A stretch of 64,000 bases of DNA from positions 38,915-102,914 of the forward strand of contig CAVROQ010000010.1 of the NCBI GenBank assembly GCA_963722805.1, given 5' to 3'. The notes beneath the pieces are model-generated. The model was not told the origin of the DNA and did no database searches. It saw nothing but the letters and a program-made list of their open reading frames with translations. Shown piece by piece: positions 48,098-57,940 of this stretch. How positions within the stretch are numbered: position 1 is the stretch's first letter; every line of letters starts with the position of its first letter. The position numbers were made by a program, and so were the translations under genes. This DNA comes from an uncultured Gammaproteobacteria bacterium. Its GTDB lineage: Bacteria; Pseudomonadota; Gammaproteobacteria; Pseudomonadales; JAHEGP01.

Positions 48098-48843
48098 ATC
48101 ACCTTCGCTTCATTTTTGAGTTTGTCTACCAATTGCTCAACCGACTCGACCTTGATGCCGGCTTTGCGCTCAGCCGGCGGCTCAACTTTCAAGGTTTTGA
48201 TATTGCCAGAGACTTCAACGCCGAGATCGGCGGGTGAATAAACGTCGAGCTGCTTTTTCTTGGCTTTCATGATATTCGGCAGTGACGCATAACGCGGCTC
48301 GTTCAAACGCAGGTCTGCGGTAACTACCGCCGGCATGGTGATAGCAAGAGTCTGCAAACCAGCGTCTACCTCACGGGTAACCTTAAGTTTGCCTTCTTCA
48401 ACGACTATCTCCGAGGCAAAAGTCCCCTGCCCCATCGACGCCAGCGCCGCCAACATTTGTCCGGTTTGGTTGTTATCGCCATCGATCGACTGCTTCCCGA
48501 GAATCACGAGATCGGGCTGCTCCTTGGCCACTACACCATTGAGCAGTTTGGAGATGGCTAGCGGCTGCAAGTCACCTTCGACTTCTACCTGGATACCTCG
48601 GTCCGCACCCAGCGCCAACGCAGTTCGAATCTGCTCCTGACAGGCTTTAGGACCAATTGAAACCGCTACTACCTCCGTTGCGACGCCTTTTTCCTTCAAG
48701 CGCACAGCTTCCTCCACAGCAATTTCACAAAACGGGTTGATCGCCATTTTTACATTGGCAAGATCAACCGCGGATCCGTCTGATTTGGGGCGTACTTTGA
48801 CGTTGTAATCGACAACTCTCTTAACCGCAACGAGTACTTTCAT
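48094..48843 (-). CDS. etfB: Electron transfer flavoprotein subunit beta
   Basis: 249 aa with [18 protein letters not shown]...[16 protein letters not shown]...[21 protein letters not shown]. The stop overlaps the etfA start. Confidence 0.95.
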   Translation of the reverse strand: MKVLVAVKRVVDYNVKVRPKSDGSAVDLANVKMAINPFCEIAVEEAVRLKEKGVATEVVAVSIGPKACQEQIRTALALGADRGIQVEVEGDLQPLAISKLLNGVVAKEQPDLVILGKQSIDGDNNQTGQMLAALASMGQGTFASEIVVEEGKLKVTREVDAGLQTLAITMPAVVTADLRLNEPRYASLPNIMKAKKKQLDVYSPADLGVEVSGNIKTLKVEPPAERKAGIKVESVEQLVDKLKNEAKVI

Positions 48844-49244
48844 ATGGCATTCACTCTTGACTGAAAAAAGACATATAGCCGCTCCCTGTTAGCACCGATA
48901 GCCTTGGCCGAAAAGTAAGCTTATTACGCTTCTAAACCACTGTAACCGACACGAATGGAGCGATTAAAAAGGGCGACCATGGTGACTGGAAATGGCTTTT
49001 AGGTCAAGAGTCCACAACTATTTTACGCGTCAAGGCGAGTGGGCTGCATTCACGCGCACTGTACTTGTGCACTATTAGATAGACGTGCTGCCTGGAAAAA
49101 TCGGGCCATGCGTAAACCTTGACATCAAGATGCAGGCACTCATTGGCTACCGAGCTCAGCTATCGGTATAATCACTCCACCAACGGATTAACTGGATGGG
49201 TGCAACGCCGGAGTAACCGGTGACACCCAGTTTGTTTGTTTAGC

Positions 49245-50915
49245 ATGAGGAGAGCCCCCTTGGAACGCGAAGCCATGGAATTCGATGTCGTGATCGTAGG
49301 AGCAGGCCCTGCCGGCTTGTCTGCAGCCTGTCGCATCATGCAGCTAGCGGCCGAAAAGCAGCTGGAAATTAGCGTGTGTGTGGTAGAAAAAGGCTCTGAA
49401 GTAGGAGCGCACATCCTCTCCGGCGCGGTACTCGAGCCGCGCGCCTTGAATGAGTTGTTCCCAAACTGGAAAGAAATGGGGGCACCGCTCAATACAGCAG
49501 TTAATGAGGATCAGTTTTTTTATTACACCAGCGCGACAGGAGCCAAGCAACTACCGCACTTCCTGATACCCAAGCCTACCCACAACGATGGCAACTACAT
49601 TGTCTCAATGGGGAACGTCTGTCGCTGGCTGGCGGAGCAGGCTGAAGGCCTTGGGGTCGAAATTTATCCGGGCTTTGCAGCGGCAGAGGTGCTGTATCAT
49701 GACGATGGGCGGGTTAAGGGCGTCGCGACTGGCGATATGGGTGTGTCTGCGACAGGCGAACACAAAGACAGCTACATGCCCGGCATGGAACTACACGCAA
49801 AGTACACGCTTTTTACCGAGGGCTGCCGCGGCAACCTGGGCAAACAGCTGATAGCCAAATTCAACCTTGATGAAGGTGTCGACCCCCAGCACTACGGACT
49901 GGGCATTAAGGAAATTTGGAAAATACCTGCAAAAAAGCATTCACCGGGCTTGGTTGTTCATGGCCTCGGATGGCCTCTAACTGAAAGTGGTGCCAGCGGT
50001 GGAGCCTTTCTTTATCATGCAGAAGACTGCCAGGTTTATCTTGGGTTTATCACTGACCTGAATTATTCGAACCCTTTCCTCAGCCCGTTCGAAGAGTTTC
50101 AGCGCTGGAAAAAACATCCCGAAACGCTCAAGTATCTCGAAGGGGGCGAGCGCATTTCCTATGGCGCAAGAGCAATCGCCAAAGGCGGCCTGAACTCCCT
50201 GATCAAAATGCAATTTCCTGGTGGCCTGATATTAGGCTGTGACGCTGGCACCCTGAATAGCGTGAAAATCAAGGGCAACCACACCGCTATGAAGAGCGGA
50301 ATGCTGGGGGCAGAAGCCGTGGTAGAAGCCATGGCGCTCGGCGAAAATGCGCCTGCTACCCTGGACAGCTATGCTGAGAAATTTGAGCAGTCGTGGCTTC
50401 ACGAGGAGCTATATAGCACTCGCAATTTTTCCGGCTATATGCACAAATTTGGCGGGCTGTTGGGTGCCGGCATGGTATGGCTGGATCAGAACATCTTTCG
50501 CGGCCATATGCCGTTCACCCTGCGCGACACAGTCCCCGACTATGCCACGCTCAAGCTCGCTTCCGCAAGCAAGCCCATCAGCTACCCCAAGCCTGACAAT
50601 AAAATCACCTTTGACCGTCTGTCTTCGGTATTCCTGTCCAACACCAATCACGAGGAAGATCAGCTCTGTCACCTGACCCTGAAAGACCCTTCCATTCCCA
50701 TCGAGAAAAACCTGCCGATGTACGATGAACCGGCCCAGCGCTACTGCCCTGCCGGAGTCTATGAGATAGTAGACACCCCCGAGGGCGGCAAGCGTTTCCA
50801 GATTAATGGCCAGAACTGCGTGCATTGTAAAACCTGCGACATAAAAGATCCGGCGCAAAATATTGTATGGGTAACTCCGGAAGGGATGGGGGGACCTACC
50901 TACCCCAATATGTAG
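49245..50915 (+). CDS. Electron transfer flavoprotein-ubiquinone oxidoreductase
   Basis: FAD motif MEFDVVIVGAGPAGLSAA is present, with the C-terminal ferredoxin-like cluster motif CPAGVYE...CVHCKTCDIKDP. It is divergent from etfBA. Confidence 0.94.
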   Translation: MRRAPLEREAMEFDVVIVGAGPAGLSAACRIMQLAAEKQLEISVCVVEKGSEVGAHILSGAVLEPRALNELFPNWKEMGAPLNTAVNEDQFFYYTSATGAKQLPHFLIPKPTHNDGNYIVSMGNVCRWLAEQAEGLGVEIYPGFAAAEVLYHDDGRVKGVATGDMGVSATGEHKDSYMPGMELHAKYTLFTEGCRGNLGKQLIAKFNLDEGVDPQHYGLGIKEIWKIPAKKHSPGLVVHGLGWPLTESGASGGAFLYHAEDCQVYLGFITDLNYSNPFLSPFEEFQRWKKHPETLKYLEGGERISYGARAIAKGGLNSLIKMQFPGGLILGCDAGTLNSVKIKGNHTAMKSGMLGAEAVVEAMALGENAPATLDSYAEKFEQSWLHEELYSTRNFSGYMHKFGGLLGAGMVWLDQNIFRGHMPFTLRDTVPDYATLKLASASKPISYPKPDNKITFDRLSSVFLSNTNHEEDQLCHLTLKDPSIPIEKNLPMYDEPAQRYCPAGVYEIVDTPEGGKRFQINGQNCVHCKTCDIKDPAQNIVWVTPEGMGGPTYPNM

Positions 50916-50933
50916 CGGGCTAACTATGTCGAT

Positions 50934-50974
50934 GCGCCAGTCCAGGATCCGCCGGCTGCTGGCGCGTTTCTTTG
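50934..50974 (+). terminator. Putative intrinsic terminator after the ETF-QO gene
   Basis: GCGCCAGT...GCTGGCGC forms a stem of at least 8 bp (50934-50965), followed by GTTTCTTTG. It lies 19 nt after the stop. Confidence 0.4.
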
Positions 50975-51097
50975 CGGGATAAAGGCAACAGGAAGTACGC
51001 TTTTCGTGATGTGCTATGGTGCTTTAGAGTAGCAGGCAAGGGACTTTTTCAGCACGCGTTCAGCAGGCAAAATCAAGCTCAAATCGGCTGCCGCCAT

Positions 51098-51622
51098 TTA
51101 ATCAATCGCAAAGAAAGTCCCACAACTCCAGACCCCTGTACGCCCCTTATGCTTCACAGCCAAATCGACCAACTGGTAATAAACTGGCCGGCTTAGTTTG
51201 GCTGTTAGTCCGGGGCGAACCTGAATGTATGGCTTGGGGCTTGCTGCGGTATTGTCTAACACCAGCCGATGCTCTGCATCGACAGAAACCTCTTCACCAA
51301 CATTAGTGACAAACCGAAGTACTTGCACATCACCTTGTAAGCTGGAGGCCATTGCAACAGCCATGAATGGCGCGTCTTCCACCCTAATCTGCCACTTTTC
51401 TACCGGTGTAACCAGCACGAAACCACATTCGTCTTCATAACGCAGGATAGAGGCGAACAATTTTACCAGTTCAAAGCGCTCAATAGCCGTGCCGTCGTGA
51501 AACCAGTTGCCATTGCCATCAATAAGAATATCGATACTCCCACTCAACGCCGGGTTCCAGGCGTCTAGCGGCGGCCTTTTGCCGGTTCCGATCTGCGCTA
51601 GCATACGCTCTACAGAATCCAT
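51098..51622 (-). CDS. DUF1285 domain protein
   Basis: 174 aa. PPLDAWNPALSGSIDILIDGNGNWFHDGTAIERFELVKLFASILRYEDE follows the DUF1285 pattern as I recall it. It lies 12 nt downstream of serA. Confidence 0.6.
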   Translation of the reverse strand: MDSVERMLAQIGTGKRPPLDAWNPALSGSIDILIDGNGNWFHDGTAIERFELVKLFASILRYEDECGFVLVTPVEKWQIRVEDAPFMAVAMASSLQGDVQVLRFVTNVGEEVSVDAEHRLVLDNTAASPKPYIQVRPGLTAKLSRPVYYQLVDLAVKHKGRTGVWSCGTFFAID

Positions 51623-51634
51623 TACCCTTTACCT

Positions 51635-52804
51635 CTACAGCAGCCGCACATTAATTACACCTTCTACTGCTTTAAGTTTTGCAAGCACATCGGGCGAGGG
51701 AGCGGTGGCAAGGTCGAGCAGATTATAGGCAATGTCGTTGCGACTTTTGTTAAGCAAATCGATTACGTTAATGTCAGCATCCGCCAACACCGATGTCACA
51801 TGACCAAGCATTTTTGGCACATTGTAGTTGGTGATAGCCAATCGCGAACCACCCGTGCGCTCCAGTTCAAGACTTGGAAAATTCACCGAATTAGCAATGT
51901 TGCCGTTTTCAAGAAAATCTCGTAGCTGTTTGGCGACCATTATCGCGCAATTATCTTCCGCTTCATCGGTGCTGGCACCGATATGAGGCATACAAATATT
52001 GCCGGGCAGAGATAGTAACTCCGGATGCGGAAAGTCAGAAATATATTTCCGCAACTTGCCGCTCTCCAAGGCCTGCTTCACGGCGCTGACATCGACAATT
52101 TCATCGCGGGCAAAGTTGAGCAGGACAGCCTGGTCACGAAACGATTTTAGCGCTTCGGCATTTACCAGCTTACGAGTTGCATCAAGGGCTGGCAAATGCA
52201 GAGACACAAAGTTAGAGCGTGAGAACAGCGCAGTAAGATTCTCCATTTTTTTCACATCACTGGGCAGGCGCCAGGCTGCATCGACCGAAAGCGCCGGATC
52301 GAAGCCGATCACCTCCATACCCAACAACAGTGCCGTTTGCGCGACCCGTGAGCCAATGGCCCCCAAGCCAACCACACCCAGCACTTGACCGGCCAGCTCA
52401 TTGCCTTTGAACTGCTTCTTCTCTTTCTCCAGCAATGCACTCATCGCTTTGTAGTCGCCCATATTGGACAAGCTTCGGGCGTAGTCAATTCCCTCAACAA
52501 TACCCCTGGACCCCAGCAACAACCCGGCAATTACCAGTTCCTTAACCGCATTGGCGTTGGCACCCGGTGCATTGAAAACCGGGATGCCACGCTCAGTGCA
52601 CGCAGGGAGCGGAATATTATTGACCCCTGCGCCGGCGCGGGCAATGGCTTTAACTGTACTGCCAACCTCTTCGATAGACAGCTTGTAACTACGCAACATG
52701 ATGGCGTCGGGATTGGCAATCTCGCTCGCGACTTCGTAACTCTCACGGGGCAGTTGCTCTAGCCCCTTTACCGAAATCTGGTTGTAGGTTCGCACCTTGT
52801 ACAC
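51635..52804 (-). CDS. serA: D-3-phosphoglycerate dehydrogenase (with C-terminal ACT domain)
   Basis: 389 aa. The NAD motif GVVGLGAIGSRVA and the 2-hydroxyacid dehydrogenase signature (LLNFARDEIVD, PHIGAST) are present. The ACT-like tail reads RLAITNYNVPKMLGHVTSVLADADINV. Confidence 0.85.
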   Translation of the reverse strand: MYKVRTYNQISVKGLEQLPRESYEVASEIANPDAIMLRSYKLSIEEVGSTVKAIARAGAGVNNIPLPACTERGIPVFNAPGANANAVKELVIAGLLLGSRGIVEGIDYARSLSNMGDYKAMSALLEKEKKQFKGNELAGQVLGVVGLGAIGSRVAQTALLLGMEVIGFDPALSVDAAWRLPSDVKKMENLTALFSRSNFVSLHLPALDATRKLVNAEALKSFRDQAVLLNFARDEIVDVSAVKQALESGKLRKYISDFPHPELLSLPGNICMPHIGASTDEAEDNCAIMVAKQLRDFLENGNIANSVNFPSLELERTGGSRLAITNYNVPKMLGHVTSVLADADINVIDLLNKSRNDIAYNLLDLATAPSPDVLAKLKAVEGVINVRLL

Positions 52805-52882
52805 GTTTCACAGTTCCTCTATCAACACACTGTTTCATCATGCCGCTTCAAAACGCGCAGTTCGCACACGGCAACGGGAAGC

Positions 52883-52908
52883 GCTGCTGACAAGCAGTTG
52901 TCAGCAGC
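52883..52908 (-). terminator. Perfect 11-bp stem / 4-nt loop hairpin 13 nt downstream of ppiD (no clear U-tract)
   Basis: The plus strand reads GCTGCTGACAA-GCAG-TTGTCAGCAGC. It sits between the ppiD stop (52921) and the serA start (52804). Confidence 0.4.
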
Positions 52909-52920
52909 GACGAATCGGAC

Positions 52921-54807
52921 TTACAGGCGCTCTATATCGGCAGTATCCTGTAGCGACAAACGATAGCTTTGGAGAACCCGCTCTGAGCGATAGCGCGACA
53001 ACAGTCGCTTCATCCCTTGCTGACTATCAACATCAAGGTCTGCCAGAGAACCAGGAACCACTTTATTTACGGCAATCAGGGCCACCCGTCCATCAGTGAG
53101 TGGGCGGATGACGAAATTGGATTTCCCACCCTCGGGTGGGCTCAACTGAAAAGCAGCCTCAGCAATTTCGAGGGGCAGTTGGGTAGCGTTTTCGCGACTG
53201 ATGTCGGTAAACTGCTGAAAATCAAGTCCTGCCTCATCGGCCAGAGCGGCAAGCGGCTGCCCTTCCCGGACAGCACCGAGCATATCTTCTGCCTGCTGCA
53301 CCATATACTCTGTCGCCTTTTCACGATGCAAACGCTCACTCAACTGCTGCTCGACCTCTGCAAAAGGAATAGGCGTTGCCGGCTCGCGCTCGGCGATACG
53401 CAGCACTACAGCCTCGGACGGCGACAATTCAACCACCTCGCTATTAGCACCCTGCTCCAGCACAATGCTGCTGAAAGCTTCAGCGACCAGACGGTTATCT
53501 GCAAACAGCCCCTCGTTTGCGCCAGCACGAGTAAACTGCGAAGAGGTTTGGGTCTGCAATGATAGCTGTTCGGCTACTGAGTCAAGATCTGCGGCATTAA
53601 AACTGATGTCCTTCAACTCTTCGAGTCCAATAGCGTACAGTGGCTCAGCCTGTTCTACTTGCAACGCTTGCTTGATCTCGTCACGCCGAGATGCATAATC
53701 GGCGACCTCAGCCTCCTCTACTTCCACCAGCTTCACCAGATGCCAGCCTGAATCCGTTTGTATAGGAGCCGAGACTCCCCCAACCTCAAGTTCTGCAAGA
53801 GCCTTTTCGAAGGCCTCAGGAAAGGCTGTGCCATCGGAATAGCCCAGGTCTCCCCCCGTTTCCCGCGAGCCTATGTCGTCAGAAAGCTCTCGTGCCAGGT
53901 CGTTGAAGGACTCGCCTGAGGCAATCCGCGCGGCAATTTCCTCAAGTTGCTGACGGCTATCGTCGTCAGATCTTACTTCGTCTGTCTCAAGCAGAATATG
54001 CGCAGCGCGACGACGTAAGACAGAGCCGTTATCAGCAAGACTGGCATCATAGACCTCACGCATCTCGTCTTCTTCAATTTCGGGATAGAAATCCTCCAGA
54101 CGCAATTGAATATATTGAACGGAAACCTTTTCTTCAGTGGTAAATTCCTGGGGGTGATCATCGAAATATGCTTTGACCTCGGCCGGGTCAACCGACACTT
54201 TCTGTTCCGCCTGCTCCATTGTCATTAACGCGTAGGCGATATCACGCTTCTGGGCCGAAATACGCGCTGCCAACTCGAGGTCAGTGCTGGTTACAAACTC
54301 AGTAGCAGCAAGTCCACTAAGGAGTTGGTTCACGAGCAATTGCTTTTTCATCGCGTCTTTATACTGGGTAGGAGTCATACCACTACCGCGCACCAGCGCA
54401 TCAAATCGCTGGGGCGAAAAACTACCGTCCACCTGGAACTCGGGCTGCTGCAATATCATCTGGTCAACAACTTGATCAGGAATCAGCAAGTCGCTGTCCT
54501 CGGCAGCTGATTCAAGCATTCGTTGCTGCACCAATTGATCCAGAACCGGGCCGCGCAATGCCGCCTCGTCTATCTGTGAAGGGTCGACATCCTGCCCCAT
54601 GCGCGCCAGCATTTGCTGGCGTTGACGATAGACTTGCTGATTAAGCTCAAGCTCAGATATCGCCTTGCCATTAACTTTTGCTACATCCGGGTTGCCGGAG
54701 TCAAGAAAAAAAGCATCCACTCCCCACAGCACGAAGGGAACAGTAATAAGACCAATGATAACCTTAGCGACAATGCCCTGAAGGTTAGACCGAATTTGTT
54801 GCAGCAT
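52921..54807 (-). CDS. ppiD: Periplasmic chaperone / peptidyl-prolyl isomerase PpiD
   Basis: 628 aa. The N-terminal anchor is MLQQIRSNLQGIVAKVIIGLITVPFVLWG. A SurA-N-like region and a parvulin-like region (AAHILL...SGWHLVKL) follow. It occupies the position after hupB seen in the conserved tig-clpPX-lon-hupB-ppiD string. Confidence 0.88.
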   Translation of the reverse strand: MLQQIRSNLQGIVAKVIIGLITVPFVLWGVDAFFLDSGNPDVAKVNGKAISELELNQQVYRQRQQMLARMGQDVDPSQIDEAALRGPVLDQLVQQRMLESAAEDSDLLIPDQVVDQMILQQPEFQVDGSFSPQRFDALVRGSGMTPTQYKDAMKKQLLVNQLLSGLAATEFVTSTDLELAARISAQKRDIAYALMTMEQAEQKVSVDPAEVKAYFDDHPQEFTTEEKVSVQYIQLRLEDFYPEIEEDEMREVYDASLADNGSVLRRRAAHILLETDEVRSDDDSRQQLEEIAARIASGESFNDLARELSDDIGSRETGGDLGYSDGTAFPEAFEKALAELEVGGVSAPIQTDSGWHLVKLVEVEEAEVADYASRRDEIKQALQVEQAEPLYAIGLEELKDISFNAADLDSVAEQLSLQTQTSSQFTRAGANEGLFADNRLVAEAFSSIVLEQGANSEVVELSPSEAVVLRIAEREPATPIPFAEVEQQLSERLHREKATEYMVQQAEDMLGAVREGQPLAALADEAGLDFQQFTDISRENATQLPLEIAEAAFQLSPPEGGKSNFVIRPLTDGRVALIAVNKVVPGSLADLDVDSQQGMKRLLSRYRSERVLQSYRLSLQDTADIERL

Positions 54808-54833
54808 CGAAAACTCCCGATTGCTGATGGTTC

Positions 54834-54863
54834 AAAAAAAAAGCGCACCTTATGGGATGCGCT
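54834..54863 (-). terminator. Rho-independent terminator of hupB
   Basis: The minus strand reads AGCGCATC-CCATAA-GGTGCGCT, an 8-bp stem, followed by a run of nine T. It lies about 55 nt after the hupB stop. Confidence 0.8.
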
Positions 54864-54915
54864 TCTTGCCCTGTACGGACTTTATCAATCCTCGATAAAA
54901 CGTCTCAGTCCGAAA

Positions 54916-55188
54916 TTAATTAACCGCGTCTTTCAATGCCTTGCCGGCTTTAAAACCGGGAATCTTCGCCGCGGCAATTTCAATCGGCGCGCCAGTTTGT
55001 GGATTGCGACCCGTGCGCGCAGCACGATCTTTAACCGAGAAAGTTCCAAAACCAACCAGAACAACCTGGTCGCCGGCTTTCAGCGTTTCAATGATATTCT
55101 CGACCACTGCATCAAGAGCTCGGGTAGCCGATGCCTTTGAAAGATCAGCCGATTCTGCGATGGCATCGATAAGTTCAGATTTGTTCAC
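54916..55188 (-). CDS. hupB: DNA-binding protein HU-beta
   Basis: 90 aa. The sequence reads [90 protein letters not shown]. Confidence 0.96.
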   Translation of the reverse strand: MNKSELIDAIAESADLSKASATRALDAVVENIIETLKAGDQVVLVGFGTFSVKDRAARTGRNPQTGAPIEIAAAKIPGFKAGKALKDAVN

Positions 55189-55349
55189 AATTAGTCCCCT
55201 TATTTGGATATATGTTCAAGCGACCCATGCAATTACTGGTGATAAGTAACAAGCGGGTTTGACGACGGATTTACAAGAATGAGATTCTGGCGCCTTTATA
55301 CCAAGCGCCTTGTAACGGGTCAAGAACGTTGAGCCTGCCAACGGCGTAA

Positions 55350-57776
55350 TTAGTGTGTATTTATGCGCGACGCACCATCAGAGGGCGTATCAATGTTGCT
55401 ATCCATGCCCGCCAGGTATTCCTCATCGGGAATGGGCTCAGGCATATGCTCCAGCGCGATTTTCAGCACCTCCTCAATCCATTTTACGGGTTTGATCTCC
55501 AGATCCTTTTTAATATCATCGGGAATCTCTCGAAGATCCCGCACATTTTCCTCGGGTATGATGACCGTGCGTATGTTCCCGCGATGCGCAGCCAGCAACT
55601 TTTCCTTGAGCCCACCGATTGGCAGCACTTGGCCACGCAGGGTTATTTCTCCGGTCATAGCTACATTACCCTTGACCGCAATACCGGTAAGCACAGACAC
55701 CATCGCTGTGCACATTGCAATGCCAGCACTCGGTCCATCCTTTGGTGTCGCTCCCTCAGGCACGTGAATATGAATGTCAGTTTTCTCGTGAAAATTAGCC
55801 GGGATGCCCAGCGATTGCGACCGACTTCTAACCACTGTCGTCGCTGCCTGGATGGACTCTTGCATGACATCACCCAGAGAGCCGGTTTTTACCTGACGGC
55901 CTTTACCTACTACGGCAGACGCTTCGATTGTCAGCAAATCACCGCCTACCTGGGTCCACGCCAAACCGATAACCTGCCCCACCTGGTTTTCTTCTTCAGC
56001 GAGCCCGAATTTGAACTTTCTGACACCGAGATAATGCTCTATTTCTTCTGCACCAATTTGCGCCGGAGCAATGACGGTCTCCTGGATAACTTCCTTGACG
56101 AGCTTGCGGCAAATTTTAGCAATCTCGCGCTCCAGCCCGCGCACTCCGGCTTCCCGGGTATAGTAACGAATTATCTCTTCAATCGACGTATCAGTTAGCT
56201 CCAGCTCATCGGGCTTAAGTCCATTGCGTTCGATTTGCTTGGGCAACAGATACTTCTGGGCAATGCGGAGCTTTTCAGCTTCTGTATAACCGGGTATGCG
56301 AATAATCTCCAGGCGATCCAGCAACGCCGGTGGAATATTCATAGAATTGGCAGTGCAAAGAAACATAACTTCTGAGAGATCGTAGTCCACTTCAAGGTAG
56401 TGGTCGTTAAAACTTTTGTTTTGCTCCGGATCCAAGACTTCCAGCATCGCACTGGCGGGATCGCCGCGGTGATCCATCCCCATCTTGTCGATCTCATCGA
56501 GCAAAAACAGCGGGTTCTTGACGCCCACCTTTGTCATTTTTTGTACTACCTTACCCGGCAAGGAACCGATATAGGTGCGGCGGTGACCACGAATTTCAGC
56601 CTCGTCACGCACGCCGCCAAGTGCCATACGAATAAACTTTCGGTTAGTCGCCCTTGCAATCGACTCTCCCAACGAGGTCTTACCCACTCCGGGTGGGCCA
56701 ACCAGGCACAATACCGGGCCGTTGAGTGTTCGTACGCGCTGTTGTACTGCAAGGTATTCAAGAATGCGATCTTTCACTTCCTCGAGACCGTAGTGATCCC
56801 GATCAAGCACATCCTGGGCTTTCCTCAGGTCGATACGAGTTTTGCTGCGTTTCTTCCAGGGCACGCCCACCATCCAGTCGATATAGCTTCTTACCACAGA
56901 AGCTTCAGCCGACATCGGAGACATCATTTTTAACTTGCCTAACTCCGCACGAGTCTTGTCCCTGGCCTCCTTGGGCATACCCGCCTGCTCGATTTTCTTC
57001 TCGAGCAATTCGAGCTCATTAGGTGTTTCTTCCATGTCACCCAGTTCACTCTGGATAGCTTTCATCTGCTCATTGAGATAATACTCGCGCTGACTTTTTT
57101 CCATCTGGCTCTTAACCCGCCCACGGATTTTTTTCTCTACCTGGTGCAGATCAATCTCTCCGCCGAGCAGCGCCATTAACATGTCGACGCGTTCAGCAAT
57201 ATCGGGCAACTCGAGGATTTCTTGCTTTTTATCGATATTCAGCGACATGTGCGCAGCAATTGTATCCGCCAGCCTTCCTATTTCCTCGATACCACTCAAG
57301 GATGTCAATACTTCAGGAGGCACTTTCTTGCTTAAATTGACATAGCGCTCGAACTGCTCCAACAGCGACCCGACCAGCGCCTCTTCCTCCTTATCCTCCA
57401 GACTACTAGAGTAAAGACGCCGCGCAACTGCATTAAAGAAACCCTGCTCTTCATTGACGCTTTCGATACCGGCACGAAAACTGCCTTCTACCAGTACCTT
57501 TACCGTACCGTCGGGTAGCTTCAACAGTTGCAGAATAGTGGAAACCGTGCCCAGGCGATAAAAGCCATCGACGTCGGGGTCATCATCAGCGGCGCTTTTT
57601 TGAGCGACCAACAATACCTGCTTATCACCACCCATGGCCTTTTCGAGGGCCTGAATAGATTTCTCGCGGCCAACAAACAGGGGGATCACCATATGCGGAT
57701 AAACAACGACATCTCGTAACGGCAAGAGCGGCAACTCAAGGCTTTCAATCGAACTGTTCAGAGGGGCTTTATCCAC
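55350..57776 (-). CDS. lon: ATP-dependent Lon protease
   Basis: 808 aa. The LON N-domain is present (LPLLPLRDVVVYPHMVIPLFVGR). The AAA+ Walker A is GPPGVGKTS. The protease domain contains the catalytic Ser (PKDGPSAGIAM). Confidence 0.98.
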   Translation of the reverse strand: MDKAPLNSSIESLELPLLPLRDVVVYPHMVIPLFVGREKSIQALEKAMGGDKQVLLVAQKSAADDDPDVDGFYRLGTVSTILQLLKLPDGTVKVLVEGSFRAGIESVNEEQGFFNAVARRLYSSSLEDKEEEALVGSLLEQFERYVNLSKKVPPEVLTSLSGIEEIGRLADTIAAHMSLNIDKKQEILELPDIAERVDMLMALLGGEIDLHQVEKKIRGRVKSQMEKSQREYYLNEQMKAIQSELGDMEETPNELELLEKKIEQAGMPKEARDKTRAELGKLKMMSPMSAEASVVRSYIDWMVGVPWKKRSKTRIDLRKAQDVLDRDHYGLEEVKDRILEYLAVQQRVRTLNGPVLCLVGPPGVGKTSLGESIARATNRKFIRMALGGVRDEAEIRGHRRTYIGSLPGKVVQKMTKVGVKNPLFLLDEIDKMGMDHRGDPASAMLEVLDPEQNKSFNDHYLEVDYDLSEVMFLCTANSMNIPPALLDRLEIIRIPGYTEAEKLRIAQKYLLPKQIERNGLKPDELELTDTSIEEIIRYYTREAGVRGLEREIAKICRKLVKEVIQETVIAPAQIGAEEIEHYLGVRKFKFGLAEEENQVGQVIGLAWTQVGGDLLTIEASAVVGKGRQVKTGSLGDVMQESIQAATTVVRSRSQSLGIPANFHEKTDIHIHVPEGATPKDGPSAGIAMCTAMVSVLTGIAVKGNVAMTGEITLRGQVLPIGGLKEKLLAAHRGNIRTVIIPEENVRDLREIPDDIKKDLEIKPVKWIEEVLKIALEHMPEPIPDEEYLAGMDSNIDTPSDGASRINTH

Positions 57777-57844
57777 GAATAACTCCGTTTTTCAATACAG
57801 GACACCACGCCACTGTATTGTTGAGTGTGCTAGATTACTTGAGT

Positions 57845-57872
57845 GAATGGGGTCTGCAAGACGTATTTCAAG
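57845..57872 (-). promoter_or_regulatory. Sigma-32 (heat-shock) type promoter upstream of lon
   Basis: The minus strand reads CTTGAAA-13 nt-CCCCATTC, against the consensus CTTGAAA-N13/14-CCCCATnT. It lies about 70 nt upstream of the lon ATG, in the clpX-lon spacer. Confidence 0.6.
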
Positions 57873-57940
57873 GTCGCTCGCGCGATCTTTACGAAGATCT
57901 CGTGGGGACGCCGGGCCCACCTCAACGGGCGGGCAGTGCA

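Noticed and set aside
55353-56198. 281-aa plus-strand ORF, together with several 60-177-aa ORFs across 55.3-57.0 kb.
   Set aside because: They are antisense shadow ORFs inside lon, with no motifs or ribosome-binding sites.
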